A DNA stretch of 64,000 nucleotides, from NCBI RefSeq assembly GCF_001194135.2, contig NC_068988.1:55132870-55196869 (forward strand), in the 5' to 3' direction. The stretch comes from Octopus bimaculoides. Its lineage: Eukaryota. Shown here in pieces: positions 1 through 12,640 of the stretch (its first letter is position 1; each line of letters starts with the position of its first letter). A program made the translations under genes and the position numbers. The notes below the pieces were generated by a model, which had not been told where the DNA came from, did no database searches, and was given only the letters and a program-made list of their open reading frames with translations.

Positions 1-141
1 TTACATAATCTTTTATGGGGGCACCAAAATCTTTTAAGTACTAAAGGCCTCGATGGGTCTTAATCCGGCAATGTATGTATGTATGTATGTATATGTGTGT
101 ACGTGCGTGTGTGAGCGCGCGCGCTCGTGAGTGTGTGTGTG

Positions 142-173
<32 letters not shown>

Positions 174-176
<3 letters not shown>

Positions 177-395
177 GCGCATGTTAGGGGTTAGGGTATT
201 ACACTCATGGTCGTAGGATTGCGGTTTCGATTCCTGGACCAGGTGATGTGTTGTGTTCTTGAGCAAAACACTTCATTTCCCATTGCTCCAGTCTACTCAC
301 CTGACAAAAATTAGTAATCCTCTGACAAACTGATGTCCTGTCCAGGGATGGACTATATATACGTCACAGGGTCCGGTAAACCAGCCCAATAAGCC
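174..395 (+). mobile_element. tRNA-derived SINE (related copy at ~45085-45290 +; related inverted copy at ~31090-31357)
   Basis: B box GGTTTCGATTCC is followed by the CORE-like TTGAGCAAAACACTTCATTTC..TTGCTCCAGT segment. Confidence 0.75.
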
Positions 396-944
396 ATTAT
401 AGTCATTTAAAAGCACAAAAACAGTTAGAGTCAGCTTCATATATTCCTTCATGATATAATCAATTATGACGAATCGAAAATCTTCGTCAAACTACTGTAA
501 CCTAGTCACTAATGCAATTCAATTACCACTAAGAAAAAATAAAAACAGATAATGAAGTAAGTCATACACCGAAAACCTTTGATCCTAGACCCGGGATTAA
601 ATAACAGCACATCAACTTTGATCTAACCGACTCATGATCAAAAGGCATTCGCATCTTGACGATCTTTCTATGAATAACAACAAAATCGAATATTGGATGT
701 ATTCTTCCTTATAATAGGGTCAGGGTATGAAGAGGTTTTTGCTGTTGTTTCTAACAGATTGAATAAACACATAGAGACTTCTTTATCGTCTTACCCCCAC
801 CCCCACCCCTTTTTTTTTTGTCAAATCGATGCTGTCAGAGAATCACAGAAAATTTCCGTCTAAAACCTATTGCTAAAATCCCATCATAACGTTTTCTTAT
901 TTTTACGAATTATCTCCCTTGATCTATGAATGATACGCTCAATA

Positions 945-1170
945 TTCCTTTCTACTCTGGGCACAAGGCCCAAAATTTTGGAGAAGGGGGCCCGTCGATT
1001 AGATCGATCCCCAATATGCAACTGGTACTTAATTCATCGACCTCGAAAGGATGAAAGGCAAAGTCGACCTCAGTGGAATTTGAACTCGGAACGTAAAAGC
1101 AGACGAAATACCGATAAGCCTTTCGCCTGGCGTGCTAACGTTTCTGTCAGCTCGCCCGCCTTACAATACG
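945..1170 (-). mobile_element. SINE family 'C' (copies also at ~5345-5450, 34010-34180, 40230-40430, 40460-40655, 49630-49850 on -, and 40749-40990 on +)
   Basis: Recurrent consensus GGCGGTGAGCTGGCAGAA...GAGTTCAAATTCC..GAGGTCGACTTTGCCTTTCATCC...AAGTACCAGTT. Confidence 0.8.
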
Positions 1171-1830
1171 CTCAATATTATTAAAGATGTCATGCGTTTT
1201 ACATATATATATATAACAAGCGTCATTATTTTCACAGAAATTTTTGCAGAAATTGAGCGAGTTTTTTCTTTCTTTCTTTCTTTCTTTTCACCATAAAGCT
1301 TATCCATTTTACCAATCCCCAAAGTATGCAAGACAGAATCAATAACTGAAGAAATTTAAAGCAAAACAATGGAACACCAATGTAACGTGCAGTGAATAGT
1401 TTTAATTTCTGATTGCAGCTGTTTACCTTAACTTACATCCCGATTACTTTGATAAAGCATGAACATCAGATTATCTCAATTCCAATCTATTAGAAACCTT
1501 CATTTCTTATCTTTTACTTGTTTCAGTCATTAGACTGTGGCCGGCCATCCTGGAGCACCGTTTTGAACTAACTGACCTATATTTGTAAGTATTGTACTTA
1601 TTCTAGTAGGCTTTTTGCCAAACAGCTAATTTATAGGGATATAGACAAACCAACACCTGTTGTCAAGCACTGAGTGAGGGACAAATAAACGCGCGCGTGC
1701 GCGCCCACAAACACATACATATAAAACCTATGCCAGCTTGGAAAACAGACATGAAAAGGTGATAATGAAGATGACGATGACATATATATATATCTATATC
1801 GATTGTATCGTTTATCGATTATATATATAT

Positions 1831-2213
1831 AGGTGCAGGAGTGGCTGTGTGGTAAGTAGCTTGCTAACCAACCCGAGTTCAGTCCCACTGCATGGCACCT
1901 TGGGCAAGTGTCTTCTACTATAGCCTCGGGCCAACCAAAGCCTTGTGAGTGGATTTGGTAGACGGAAACTGAAAGAAGCCCATCATATATATGTATATAT
2001 ATATGTGTGTGTCTGTGTTTGTTTCCCCTAGCACTGCTTCACAACCGATGCTGGTGTGTTTATGTCCCCGTCACTTAGCGGTTCGGTAAAAGAGACTGAT
2101 AGAATAAGTACTAGGCTTACAAAGAATAAGTCCCAGGGTCGATTTGCTCGACTAAAGGCGGTGCTTCAGCATGGCCACAGTCAAATGACTGAAACAAGTA
2201 AAAGAGTAAAAGA

Positions 2214-2215
<2 letters not shown>
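1831..2215 (+). mobile_element. SINE family 'A' (copies at ~19040-19210, 30075-30560, 42790-43170, 44560-44700, 48485-48830, 57510-57940 on +, and 19500-19620, 36600-36770, 55210-55365 on -)
   Basis: tRNA-like head GGAGTGGCTGTGTGGTAAG..GTTCAGTCCCACTG and core GTGGATTTGGTAGACGGAAACTGAAAGAAGCCC, with an internal microsatellite and a conserved tail. Confidence 0.85.
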
Positions 2216-2274
<59 letters not shown>

Positions 2275-2527
2275 CATATATGGCTATATATATGTGTGTG
2301 TATATATATACTCTTTTACTTCTTTCAGTTATTTGACTGCGGCCATGCTGGTGCACCGCCTTTAGTCAAGCAGACAGATCGACCCCCAGGATTTATTCTT
2401 TGGAAGCCTAGTACTTAATCTATCGGTCTCTTTTGTTGAACCACTAAGTTACAGGGATGTAAACACACCATCATCAGTTGTCAAGTGATGTTGGAGGGAC
2501 AAACACAGACACACAAACATATACATC

Positions 2528-2574
<47 letters not shown>

Positions 2575-3165
2575 NNNNNNNNNNNNNNNNNNNNNNNNNN
2601 NNNNNNNNNNNNNNNNNNNNNNNNNNNNNNNNNNNNNNNNNNNNNNNNNNNNNNNNNNNNNNNNNNNNNNNNNNNNNNNNNNNNNNNNNNNNNNNNNNNN
2701 NNNNNNNNNNNNNNNNNNNNNNNNNNNNNNNNNNNNNNNNNNNNNNNNNNNNNNNNNNNNNNNNNNNNNNNNNNNNNNNNNNNNNNNNNNNNNNNNNNNN
2801 NNNNNNNNNNNNNNNNNNNNNNNNNNNNNNNNNNNNNNNNNNNNNNNNNNNNNNNNNNNNNNNNNNNNNNNNNNNNNNNNNNNNNNNNNNNNNNNNNNNN
2901 NNNNNNNNNNNNNNNNNNNNNNNNNNNNNNNNNNNNNNNNNNNNNNNNNNNNNNNNNNNNNNNNNNNNNNNNNNNNNNNNNNNNNNNNNNNNNNNNNNNN
3001 NNNNNNNNNNNNNNNNNNNNNNNNNNNNNNNNNNNNNNNNNNNNNNNNNNNNNNNNNNNNNNNNNNNNNNNNNNNNNNNNNNNNNNNNNNNNNNNNNNNN
3101 NNNNNNNNNNNNNNNNNNNNNNNNNNNNNNNNNNNNNNNNNNNNNNNNNNNNNNNNNNNNNNNNN

Positions 3166-3216
<51 letters not shown>

Positions 3217-3939
3217 CTGAGGTTGGTTTGTTTGCCAAAATCTTCCCTTCAAGGCAGTGCCCCAGTATGGTCAGACCTTAATGACAAAAACAAGTAATAA
3301 ATAAGAGATACAATCAGTGTATCTTTTATAATTGTATTTGCATAGACAAGCATGCACACATGTACACACATGAACACATGCATGCACACACGCACACACA
3401 TACACACACGTGCGCAATTCATTATATATACATATAATAAATTTGGCACAATCTTTCAAATAACATTTAATAAAGGCAGAATACTTTTCTGCTTTCATAC
3501 TTTTATTATTAATTAATTAATTCTGGAACTAAACTCATGCTTCATGGAATTAATAGTGCTATACATTAGTATATTTATATTTATATTGAAAGGCAACAGG
3601 AATTGCACCTAACATTAAAATAGTAATCACTTACGGAATTCCATATGCATTCAATTTGCATTTTTATAATCAACTGGAATGCATTCTCTTTTTTTTATAT
3701 TTTATAGCTAATATTTACAGTTAATACCATATATATATATGCTTGTATGCAGTGTGTGTGTTTGTGTATGTGTATGCAGATCTATGCCAATGTGTAATTA
3801 GAAATATTTAACCTCCACTGTATGTCTTTTGTTTTGTTCGCATACCCATCTATATGTGTGTATGTATGTGTGTATACACACAGACACACATATATGAATA
3901 TGTACACACACTCACCACATATGCATTTATGTGTGTATA

Positions 3940-3978
<39 letters not shown>

Positions 3979-6199
3979 GCACATANNNNNNNNNNNNNNN
4001 NNNNNNNNNNNNNNNNNNNNNNNNNNNNNNNNNNNNNNNNNNNNNNNNNNNNNNNNNNNNNNNNNNNNNNNNNNNNNNNNNNNNNNNNNNNNNNNNNNNN
4101 NNNNNNNNNNNNNNNNNNNNNNNNNNNNNNNNNNNNNNNNNNNNNNNNNNNNNNNNNNNNNNNNNNNNNNNNNNNNNNNNNNNNNNNNNNNNNNNNNNNN
4201 NNNNNNNNNNNNNNNNNNNNNNNNNNNNNNNNNNNNNNNNNNNNNNNNNNNNNNNNNNNNNNNNNNNNNNNNNNNNNNNNNNNNNNNNNNNNNNNNNNNN
4301 NNNNNNNNNNNNNNNNNNNNNNNNNNNNNNNNNNNNNNNNNNNNNNNNNNNNNNNNNNNNNNNNNNNNNNNNNNNNNNNNNNNNNNNNNNNNNNNNNNNN
4401 NNNNNNNNNNNNNNNNNNNNNNNNNNNNNNNNNNNNNNNNNNNNNNNNNNNNNNNNNNNNNNNNNNNNNNNNNNNNNNNNNNNNNNNNNNNNNNNNNNNN
4501 NNNNNNNNNNNNNNNNNNNNNNNNNNNNNNNNNNNNNNNNNNNNNNNNNNNNNNNNNNNNNNNNNNNNNNNNNNNNNNNNNNNNNNNNNNNNNNNNNNNN
4601 NNNNNNNNNNNNNNNNNNNNNNNNNNNNNNNNNNNNNNNNNNNNNNNNNNNNNNNNNNNNNNNNNNNNNNNNNNNNNNNNNNNNNNNNNNNNNNNNNNNN
4701 NNNNNNNNNNNNNNNNNNNNNNNNNNNNNNNNNNNNNNNNNNNNNNNNNNNNNNNNNNNNNNNNNNNNNNNNNNNNNNNNNNNNNNNNNNNNTTTGTTCA
4801 TGCTCTGAATCCTTTTTTGTCCATTTTTTTTGACGTCCTGTACCCGGATATGCATCTATATATATATGAATACATAAAAATATATATAAAGGGGGCCACT
4901 AGGTGGACTTCTAATGTGCTAGAAGAAGATCACATGTCATGTGTCTGCTAAGACCGAATAATTCTCAAAGGGAATTTAGCGAAGTAACAAAAACGTAAAC
5001 GGGCAAGACTAGTGAAAATTACATAAAAAAATACAATTATCTGTAAACATGTTTCGAAATTAATACTTTCTTACCGAAAATATCTGTTTCTCATCAGTAC
5101 AGACCGTTGGATTAATACAATTTACAGGATCACACACTAAGTTGTATGCCACAAATAAAGCACGTGTGTACGATTCTATTAAATTATATTTATGGTAAGA
5201 TTCACCATTTTATGAAGTATTTGTGGTGTTTTTGTATCTTAGACATTTTCAACTTGGCGGAGCCCATCCCATTGCAGGTCAGAACACAGTGGATTTCTTC
5301 CAGAGAGAAAACAAGAAAGACCCAAGAATCTCATCCACAAATAAGGGACTGGTATTTTATTTATCAAATCTGACAGGATGATATGCAAAATAAACCACGG
5401 TGGGTTTGAACTCAGAATGCAGAGAGGTGAGGTATTTGATGGAAAAAAGCAATTAACGAAAACCTGTAAAAAAGAAAAAAAACCTAAGTTTCTATGAGTT
5501 ACCCTGCTGTAAAATATAGACCAGAACCCTGGTTCAAATGAGATCAATGGTACTATGCTAAAAGACAAACCTAGAAAGAATGAAAGAAAATGGACTGTAA
5601 AGAACAATATCCTATATACTAATTGAAAAGTCAAGCTGTTGCCACCTCTGCCCATCCTGTTACAAGGGGTCAGTTGGTGACCCCTTGACCCTGTATAAAT
5701 TTCTATTGCATAATATAATTTGTACACACACACACACACACACAAATGATCTGTTGGATCAGCTATAGTCTATTGAAATGAATATAGTAAATATTTCCTG
5801 CAGACCAACAGTGGGATAAAATGTAATGTCAAAGTTAACTAGCAGAATTTGAACTTGGCCATTAATCAACGAAATTAATTACTGCTCAGCATGTTACCAT
5901 CTGTACCACCCTGATAGACCAGATAGTAATATCACAATAAATTGCATTTAGATAATAGCAATAAAAATGGTTTCAAGTTTTGGCACAAGGCCAGTAATTT
6001 TAGGGAGTGGGGATTTGTTGCATAATTCTATATTTTATGATCTAAGTTTGCATGTTTTCAAAACAACAAAGAATTGAAGTTAAACAAAGTTTAATAAAAT
6101 TAATAAAATTTGTTGATTAGTCATCATTAGTTGCATTCAGTGTGGCATAGCAAGTAAGCTTGCTAGTCAAGTAACTAGAAGGCAAGTTAAATGTTGGGT

Positions 6200-6730
6200 T
6201 TAGCATACAGAGAAGCTGAAAACTAGAGGTTTGCTTGTGTTCTGTGTTGAGGGAATCAGGAGCGAGAGATGTTCAGGATTACAAATTAGAGTGACTCAAA
6301 GTGCTTCTGGGGAAAAATATGTTCAAAATGACTGTGGTCCTCACTGATACTGTGAAGAAGGAGGTTTGGTGATGTTGCTACAAGAGTAAAATGTGTGGAA
6401 AGAAAATGAACTCCTAAGTAAACCCAACAGAGGTTACCAGATACTGAACTGGGCAGTTACATGGTCAAAATGGCTATAATGAATATGAAGACACAGAAAA
6501 CAGCTGGTCTATCAGAAATAGGTACTGAAACACTGAAAAGGTTGGCAAAGTAGAGTTCAAGCTAGTTACTCACATAGTCAACCTAGTAATTGAGAATGGT
6601 GTCATACCTAACGACTGTCATCGTAATATAATCATCAACTGCCATAAAGGCAGAAGATATGCTCTAGAAAGAAGCAACTAAAGAGGTATCAAATTGACAG
6701 CCCAAGTTATGAAATTAACAAAAAGAGTTT
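6200..6730 (+). mobile_element. RTE-clade LINE remnant, 5' part (linker and RT start)
   Basis: Degenerate translation includes GEKYVQNDCG, KKEVW*CCYK, VNLVIENGVIPND, IINCHKG, SN*RGIKLTAQVMKLTKRV. These match RTE ORF2 motifs (NYRGIKLLDQVMKVTERV type). Confidence 0.75.
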
Positions 6731-6749
6731 TAATAATTATTACAACATC

Positions 6750-8545
6750 AATAGTTAATTGAGTTACAATCAATGAAGTCTGAAAATTCAGTAAGTTCGT
6801 TTATGCCAGATGGTGTGGCAAACTTGATTTCTGAATTCACTTATAATCTGGAGGAGGGTACTACGTTGCCTGTGTACTATGGAAGGTACAAGGAAATTTT
6901 TAACAAAGGCTGCAAGTCATGGTCAGATGAGGAGAAAGCAAGGCTATTACTATGCAAGGTAGCTCTGGCTGAGCATGAATGCTACCGTAACTTTATATTG
7001 CCCAAAAAGTAGAGTGAGATTACTTTCCAAGAAGCTATTGAATTACTATAAAAGATTTTGTGACAAATGTTCATTATTTAACACTCGAGTGGAGTGTTGG
7101 AACTTAACAAAAAATGACAATGAACACTTTATTACACATGCCAAAATAGTCAACTGTATGTGTGAAAACTTTCAACTACAGGACCTCACTCAGGATATGT
7201 TTAAATCCCTTATTTTCATACAAGGCCTTACAGCAACCAAAGATAGGGAAATTCGGGCAAGGATTCTCTCAAAAATGGAGCAAGCGAACCAGGATTTAAT
7301 TCTACAGCTCATTGCAGAAGAATGTCAAACAATGGTAAACCAATGAAGCACAATGTGAAAAAAATTCAAGAGATAGATTCCATAAAAATACAGATGTGTC
7401 AACCCAGAGAGTATAACCAAAAAAGAGTGCCAGGACTCAATCCATGTTACAGCTATGGAGGCCTACACTTCATTAAAGAGTGTCTATTTAAAAACCGAAA
7501 ATGCTAAAGTTGTCAGAAACTTGGTCACAAGAGCTCACACTGCAGGACAAGATTATGAAGGTCGAACATAAAAAGTTCTAAAGTGTTTTCAGCAGAAAGT
7601 GAATATCATACAAAAACAAGAAAATTCATACACATAAAAATATATGATGTAAATATTAAACTACAGTTGGATACAGGTAGTGATATTTCAATCATAAATG
7701 TGGATACATGGAGAAAAATCAGGAAATTGAGGTTACATAAAACAGAGAAAATTTCACGTGGCGTGACGGGTGATAAATTACATTTTATGGGCGAAATGTG
7801 TACAGACATCACATTTCTAGGAGAAACACGCGAAGCAAAAATATTCATTGTGGAGAATACAACCAATCTAGTTGGTACAGATAGGTTGGAGTTATTTGAC
7901 TTATGGCACCTCACCGTAAGTCTCTTCTGCAAAAACATAAATGATTGTCCCAGTAAAAATAAATTGTCTAAGGAATTGAAGAGAAAAATTGAAAAAGATG
8001 TTTCCTCAAATACTATCAGAGGACTTAGGTCTACATAAAAAGACTGAAGCCTTCTATCAAGTAAGTGAAAATGCTAAACCTGACAGAAATGTACCATTTG
8101 CAGCAATTGAAATTGTAAATGAGGAGTTGGACAGACTGGAAAAGAGCAGAATCATCGAAAAGGTGGATTACTCTAAGTGTGAGATGCTAACGGAGTGCAT
8201 GAAAAAATAAAATAATAATATTAGGCTGTGTGCTGATTTATCTACTGGATTGAACAACTGCTAAAAGACATTTCACCATCGACTTCCGACTTCAGAGGAC
8301 ATTTTTGCAAAATTAAATGGTGGAAAATTTTTCTCAAAATTGTATCTGTCTGACGCTTATTTACAGATTAAAGTAAATGACAAATGCTCAAACTATCTAA
8401 CAATAAATACACATAGAGGATTGTACAGGTATACCTGGTTACCTTTTGGATTAAAGGTTGCATTAGTAATATTTCAGCAAATCATGGACGCTATGTTATC
8501 TGATTATGAATTTGAAATCCATTATTTGGACAATATATTAAGAAT
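6750..8545 (+). mobile_element. Ty3/Gypsy (K02A2.6-like) gag-protease-RT remnant without LTRs
   Basis: Gag-like ORFs at 6773-7340 are followed by degenerate CCHC knuckles (PCYSYGGLHFIKEC...KC*SCQKLGHKSSHC). Aspartic protease LQLDTGSD has DTGS at 7670-7681. RT motifs are LSDAYLQI, THRGLYRYTWLPFG and YLDNI (8523-8537). Multiple stops and frameshifts. Confidence 0.9.
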
Positions 8546-9660
8546 AATGAGATACCTGCAGAAGTTTTGAGCTGAGAATAAGTTCCTCTATCTAACATTC
8601 ATTGATCTGATGAAGGTCTTTGACTGAGTACCACATTCTATAGTCCAGTGGTTTCTGAGAAAATCAGAAGTAAATGAATGGCCTGAGAAAGCAGTGCAAG
8701 CTACATATAGAAATGTAGTCAATAAAGTGAGCATTGGCAATTAGTTTAGTGATGAATTTTGGTTTGTGTACAAGTAGGTGTTCATCAAGACTCAGATTTT
8801 AGATCCCACTCCTATTAATTATAGTTTTCCAAGCTATAACAGAAAAGTGTAAAACCAAATGTCTATGGGAACTATTAAATGCTGATAATCCAGTTCCCAC
8901 AGCAGAGACTGCAGAAAATTTAGAAATAAAATTCACAGATATGAAAACAAAACCTAGAATTGATGAGTCTAAAGTAAACTTAGTGAAAGTTAAATTTTTA
9001 GTAAGTAGGAAAGAAGACTGGATCCTGCTACTAAAATGGTTGTGTTCAATACATGGGAAAAGAAAAGGTATAAATTTCATAATGTACTTAATGTGATCTC
9101 TGGGTACACAAGATGTATAGTGGAATCAAAGGTAGGCTGACAGTAAATAAAGACTTTGTATGAGCAAGCGAGCAGAACTAGTTAGTTGTCAGAGAGCACC
9201 AGTAAAATAAATTCCTTCCATTGTTCAAACAGCTCTGCAGAAGTAGTTGATAGTTTCCGTTACCTAGATGACCTAATTAGCAGTGGAGGAGGATGTTCTG
9301 AAAGTATAGTTGCCAGAATAAGAATAGATGGAAAAAGTTCAGAGAGTTATTAGTGCTACTGGCAACAAGAGGATTCCCTATTTGATTGAAGGGCATATTG
9401 TATGATGCTTATGTACAAACTATGATACTGCATGGTAGTCAAATGCAGAAGATGCGTGAAAAACTTTTTAAAATACATCAAAAACGCTATACTTAATGTG
9501 TAATGTTAGTAAACATGAGCTGAGAGAAAAACCATGAAGAATTGGTTGTAAGTGTAGACGAGAGATGATTACATTGGTACAGACATGTTTTGCATATGGA
9601 TGATGTCTGGGTAAATACATCTGGACTACTAACTTGGAGAATTATAATTTTACTAGCAAT
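8545..9660 (+). mobile_element. RTE-clade LINE remnant, 3' part (RT core to C-terminus)
   Basis: Translation includes LYLTFIDLMKVFD*VP, QVGVHQ, IIVFQAITEKCKTKCLWELLNADN (WELLYADD-like), EVVDSFRYLDD and a RLHWYRHV-like C-terminal motif. Confidence 0.85.
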
Positions 9661-10824
9661 ACTCATGTCAGACGTTTAACCAGATTTTGTGTAATTTCAT
9701 TTGTTAAGTTTTTGTATTAGGAAAATTTGAGAAAAAATAACAGTTGAAGTTAAGGACTTAAATTATTAACAGGAATGCTTCTGTTTTTTATTATTATTAT
9801 TTATGCTTCTACACTCTGCTGTGAGAATAACAATAAAGTTTTCAGTGTAAAGTTCATTCCTACTCAAAAGGTCACTGCATATTTTACTATTTCATAGACT
9901 TTAGTTCCTTTGAAGTTTCAAAACTTTGACTGAGCCCTGGAAAAATAAACAAAAAATGCAATTAAAATTAACAAAATTAATTCTATTCTGTATTGTTTAT
10001 TCCATTGTAATGTCCACCCAACAAATATTTTCTTATTGTTTTATATTGTCCTTCTCTGACCTTTCCCTATTGAAGGACATCCTGCTATGTCACCCTCATG
10101 CCATACTCAATCAAAAAAAAGTAAAAAAAAACCCTCCAAATGTCAGCTTCTATTAACATAAATTCACTATCCTGAAATTTGAGACGATATATAAACCTGT
10201 GATCTGAAAGATAACGAAGCATATTAGATGTCAAATACACCCCAACCTTTTTTTTGTTTGTTTGTTTCTTCATGAGAAATGTAGATATGTATAATGTAGA
10301 TTGTTTGGTCAAGGTATTTGATTACTAACTTGAGAGAAATTAATTAGATCAAAATCCATTGTGAGTATGTTCTTGTGATTTTGGACCAGACGCTATTCTG
10401 TTGTCTCAGTTCTCTTTGATGTAAAAAACAGATGGCAGAACTTTAAGGATAAAATTACCTATAAAAAACTGGCATTCTATCCAGGGAGAGAAATTTATTT
10501 TTATATCTATTTAACACAATGGGACACCTGTACTGGTTTATAAAATAATTCATGCACACTTGGAGTAGAGAGGTGTATCATTGATGAGATCATGAATGGC
10601 AACGAAAGGGCTTTGATAAAACTAGCTGATTGATTGACTGAACAATTAATCAAACAATCGATTAGATGATTCGTTAAAAGGTTAGCCACTTGACTAATTA
10701 AAATAAAGAACTGAAATAGAACCTGTGCATGTACTTGTTGGTTTAATGACCCATCTAAGACACATACAATATAATGGTTTCTTACAATTTTATAAAACTG
10801 GAACTCCATCAGTTATGATGATGA

Positions 10825-11115
10825 GAGTTCCAGTCAATCTGGTCAACAGATGAGCCTGCTCACAAAATTAATGGGCAAGTGGCTGAGCACTCCACACACA
10901 TGCGTACCCTTAACGTAGTTCTCAGGAAGATTCAGTGTGTCACAGAATGGGACAAGGCTGGCTCTTTGCATTACACATACAACTCAGTTTTGTCAGCTGA
11001 GTGAACTGGAGTAATGTGAAATAAAGTGTCTTGCTCAAGTACACAATGCACCACTGGGAATTGAACTCACAACCATTGGATGATGAGCCAAATACCCTAA
11101 CCACTAAGCCACATA
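10825..11115 (-). mobile_element. tRNA/CORE-like SINE (related element at ~63253-63580 -)
   Basis: Inverted head ...CCCTAACCACTAAGCC with the CORE-like AAAGTGTCTTGCTCAAG segment. Confidence 0.75.
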
Positions 11116-11344
11116 CTGTTACTTATATTTTTATAAGAACAGCAGGAAGTATGAGATTTATTTGAGAGTAAAGAAATGAGAAGTTGTGACACTGACGCTA
11201 TCTTTAAAGGATATGAGCAATATATATAAAGTGAAATAGCTTCAAATATGATTCAAACACAAGTTATGAACACTGTGGCACTGACTTCATGTGAAAGATA
11301 ATGATTGCTTATAACTAGCACAAATTAAAATTTTGTAAGAAGAT

Positions 11345-11817
11345 TCGTGATGGCACCAGTACCAGTAAATCACTAAGAGCACCGTCCGAGCGTGATCGTT
11401 GCTAGAGCACCAGCTGTCTGGCTTTCGTGCCGGTGGCACGTAAATAGCACCATTTGAGCGTGACCGTTACCAACGTCGCCTTCCTGGCACTTCTTCCAGT
11501 GGCACAGGAAAAGACATTCGAGCGAGTTTGTTGCCAGTACTGCTGGACTGGCTCCTGTGTAGGTGGCACGTAAAATACACCATTTCGAGCATGGCCGTTG
11601 CCAGTACCACCTGACTGGCCTTCGTGCCAGTGGCACATAAAATCATCCACTACACTCTCTGAGTGGTTGGCGTTAGGAAGGGCATCCAGCTGTAGAAACT
11701 CTGCCAAATCAGATTGGAGCCTGGTGTAGCCATCTGGTTCGCCAGTCCTCAGTCAAATCATCCAACCCATGCTAGCATGGAAAGCGGACGTTAAATGATG
11801 ATGATGATGATGATGAT
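11345..11817 (+). mobile_element. Repeat family 'B' with internal tandem units and (ATG)n tail (copies at ~44780-45030, 45800-46175, 46610-46770, 51170-51580, 52820-53150, 54970-55150, 60010-60350, 60600-60760 on +, and 30585-30940 on -)
   Basis: Consensus GAGTGGTTGGCGTTAGGAAGGGCATCCAGCTGTAGAAAC...CCAACCCATGCTAGCATGGAAAGCGGACGTTAAATGATGATG. Confidence 0.85.
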
Positions 11818-12229
11818 AGAGTGCTGTACGGTGTTTGGATTGACAAGCCAAAGATTAGCTCCAGGGTTGCCTCTGTACATCATAAAAAGAGACTAAAAGA
11901 GGTTGAAGTAGGATTTGCTCGTTGACCTTATAAAGGATCCCTCACCAGCAATGAATACCCAAACTGACCCATGGATTAAAGGGTTGTTACTTGAGTGGTG
12001 CAAAGGTGTCACCCTTCAGGAATAAGGGAATTACTAACAAATGGTGAATGCAGCAATGCGCTGTAACAGCATGTGACCCCCATACCTGACCTGAACTGAT
12101 AGAGAATTGTTTGAACATTTCCAAGTATATTACTGGTACTTGTTTTTCTAATCCTCAGTATATGAAAAGAAATGATCACTCTGGTGATATTTTCACAAAT
12201 GAGCTACATCAAATTTTCGAGATGAGTTT

Positions 12230-12640
12230 GCAACAGTTCGAATACTTTTAAAAACAAGGCAACATGATTGACTGGCATGGTTTACGCACCAATACGCTAC
12301 ATCTTTTAACCCTCAGTTGCATTGTCTTCTCACTCTATCCTTTCTACCTTTATGACAAATAGCTTCTGCTGAATATGTAAGAGAAGCTACCAACTGCATC
12401 AATGAAGTCCTCTGAGCCTTGCAAAGAATTTACTTTACCACTGCTCTGAGGGCTAATTACTCTTGTACACCTACTACAAGTAAAGTCTCTATTCACTGTC
12501 GACCTGCCTTTAATTTCATTACACCCTTTGTCCCCTCATAGATCACATAAGGTACACTGTGTGGAATTTCTATCTACTCCTATTTTGCATATTGAGCATG
12601 GCCATTTTCCTGATGGTATCAGGGTCCTGTATTCTTTTTT
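12230..12640 (-). mobile_element. RTE-clade LINE fragment with Cys-rich segment
   Basis: Minus strand reads RTLIPSGKWPCSICKIGVDRNSTQCTLCDL*GDKGCNEIKGRSTVNRDFTCSRC. It is the same family as 9040-9170. Confidence 0.75.

Noticed and set aside
181-196. TTAGGG-like motifs
   Set aside because: Part of a SINE head, not a telomeric array.
2449-4951. Long ORFs of 240-365 aa in the track
   Set aside because: They consist of N-gaps and (AT)n/(AC)n repeats.
5080-5100. Other hammerhead-like cores (minus CTGATGAGAAAC at ~5085-5097; minus CTGACGA at ~21546)
   Set aside because: No stem II can form.
5146-5373. ORF with possible 48-nt intron, or alternative frame HFQLGGAHPIAG...
   Set aside because: No homology recognised. 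The downstream donor is part of a SINE-C copy, and the alternative frame would splice into a stop codon.
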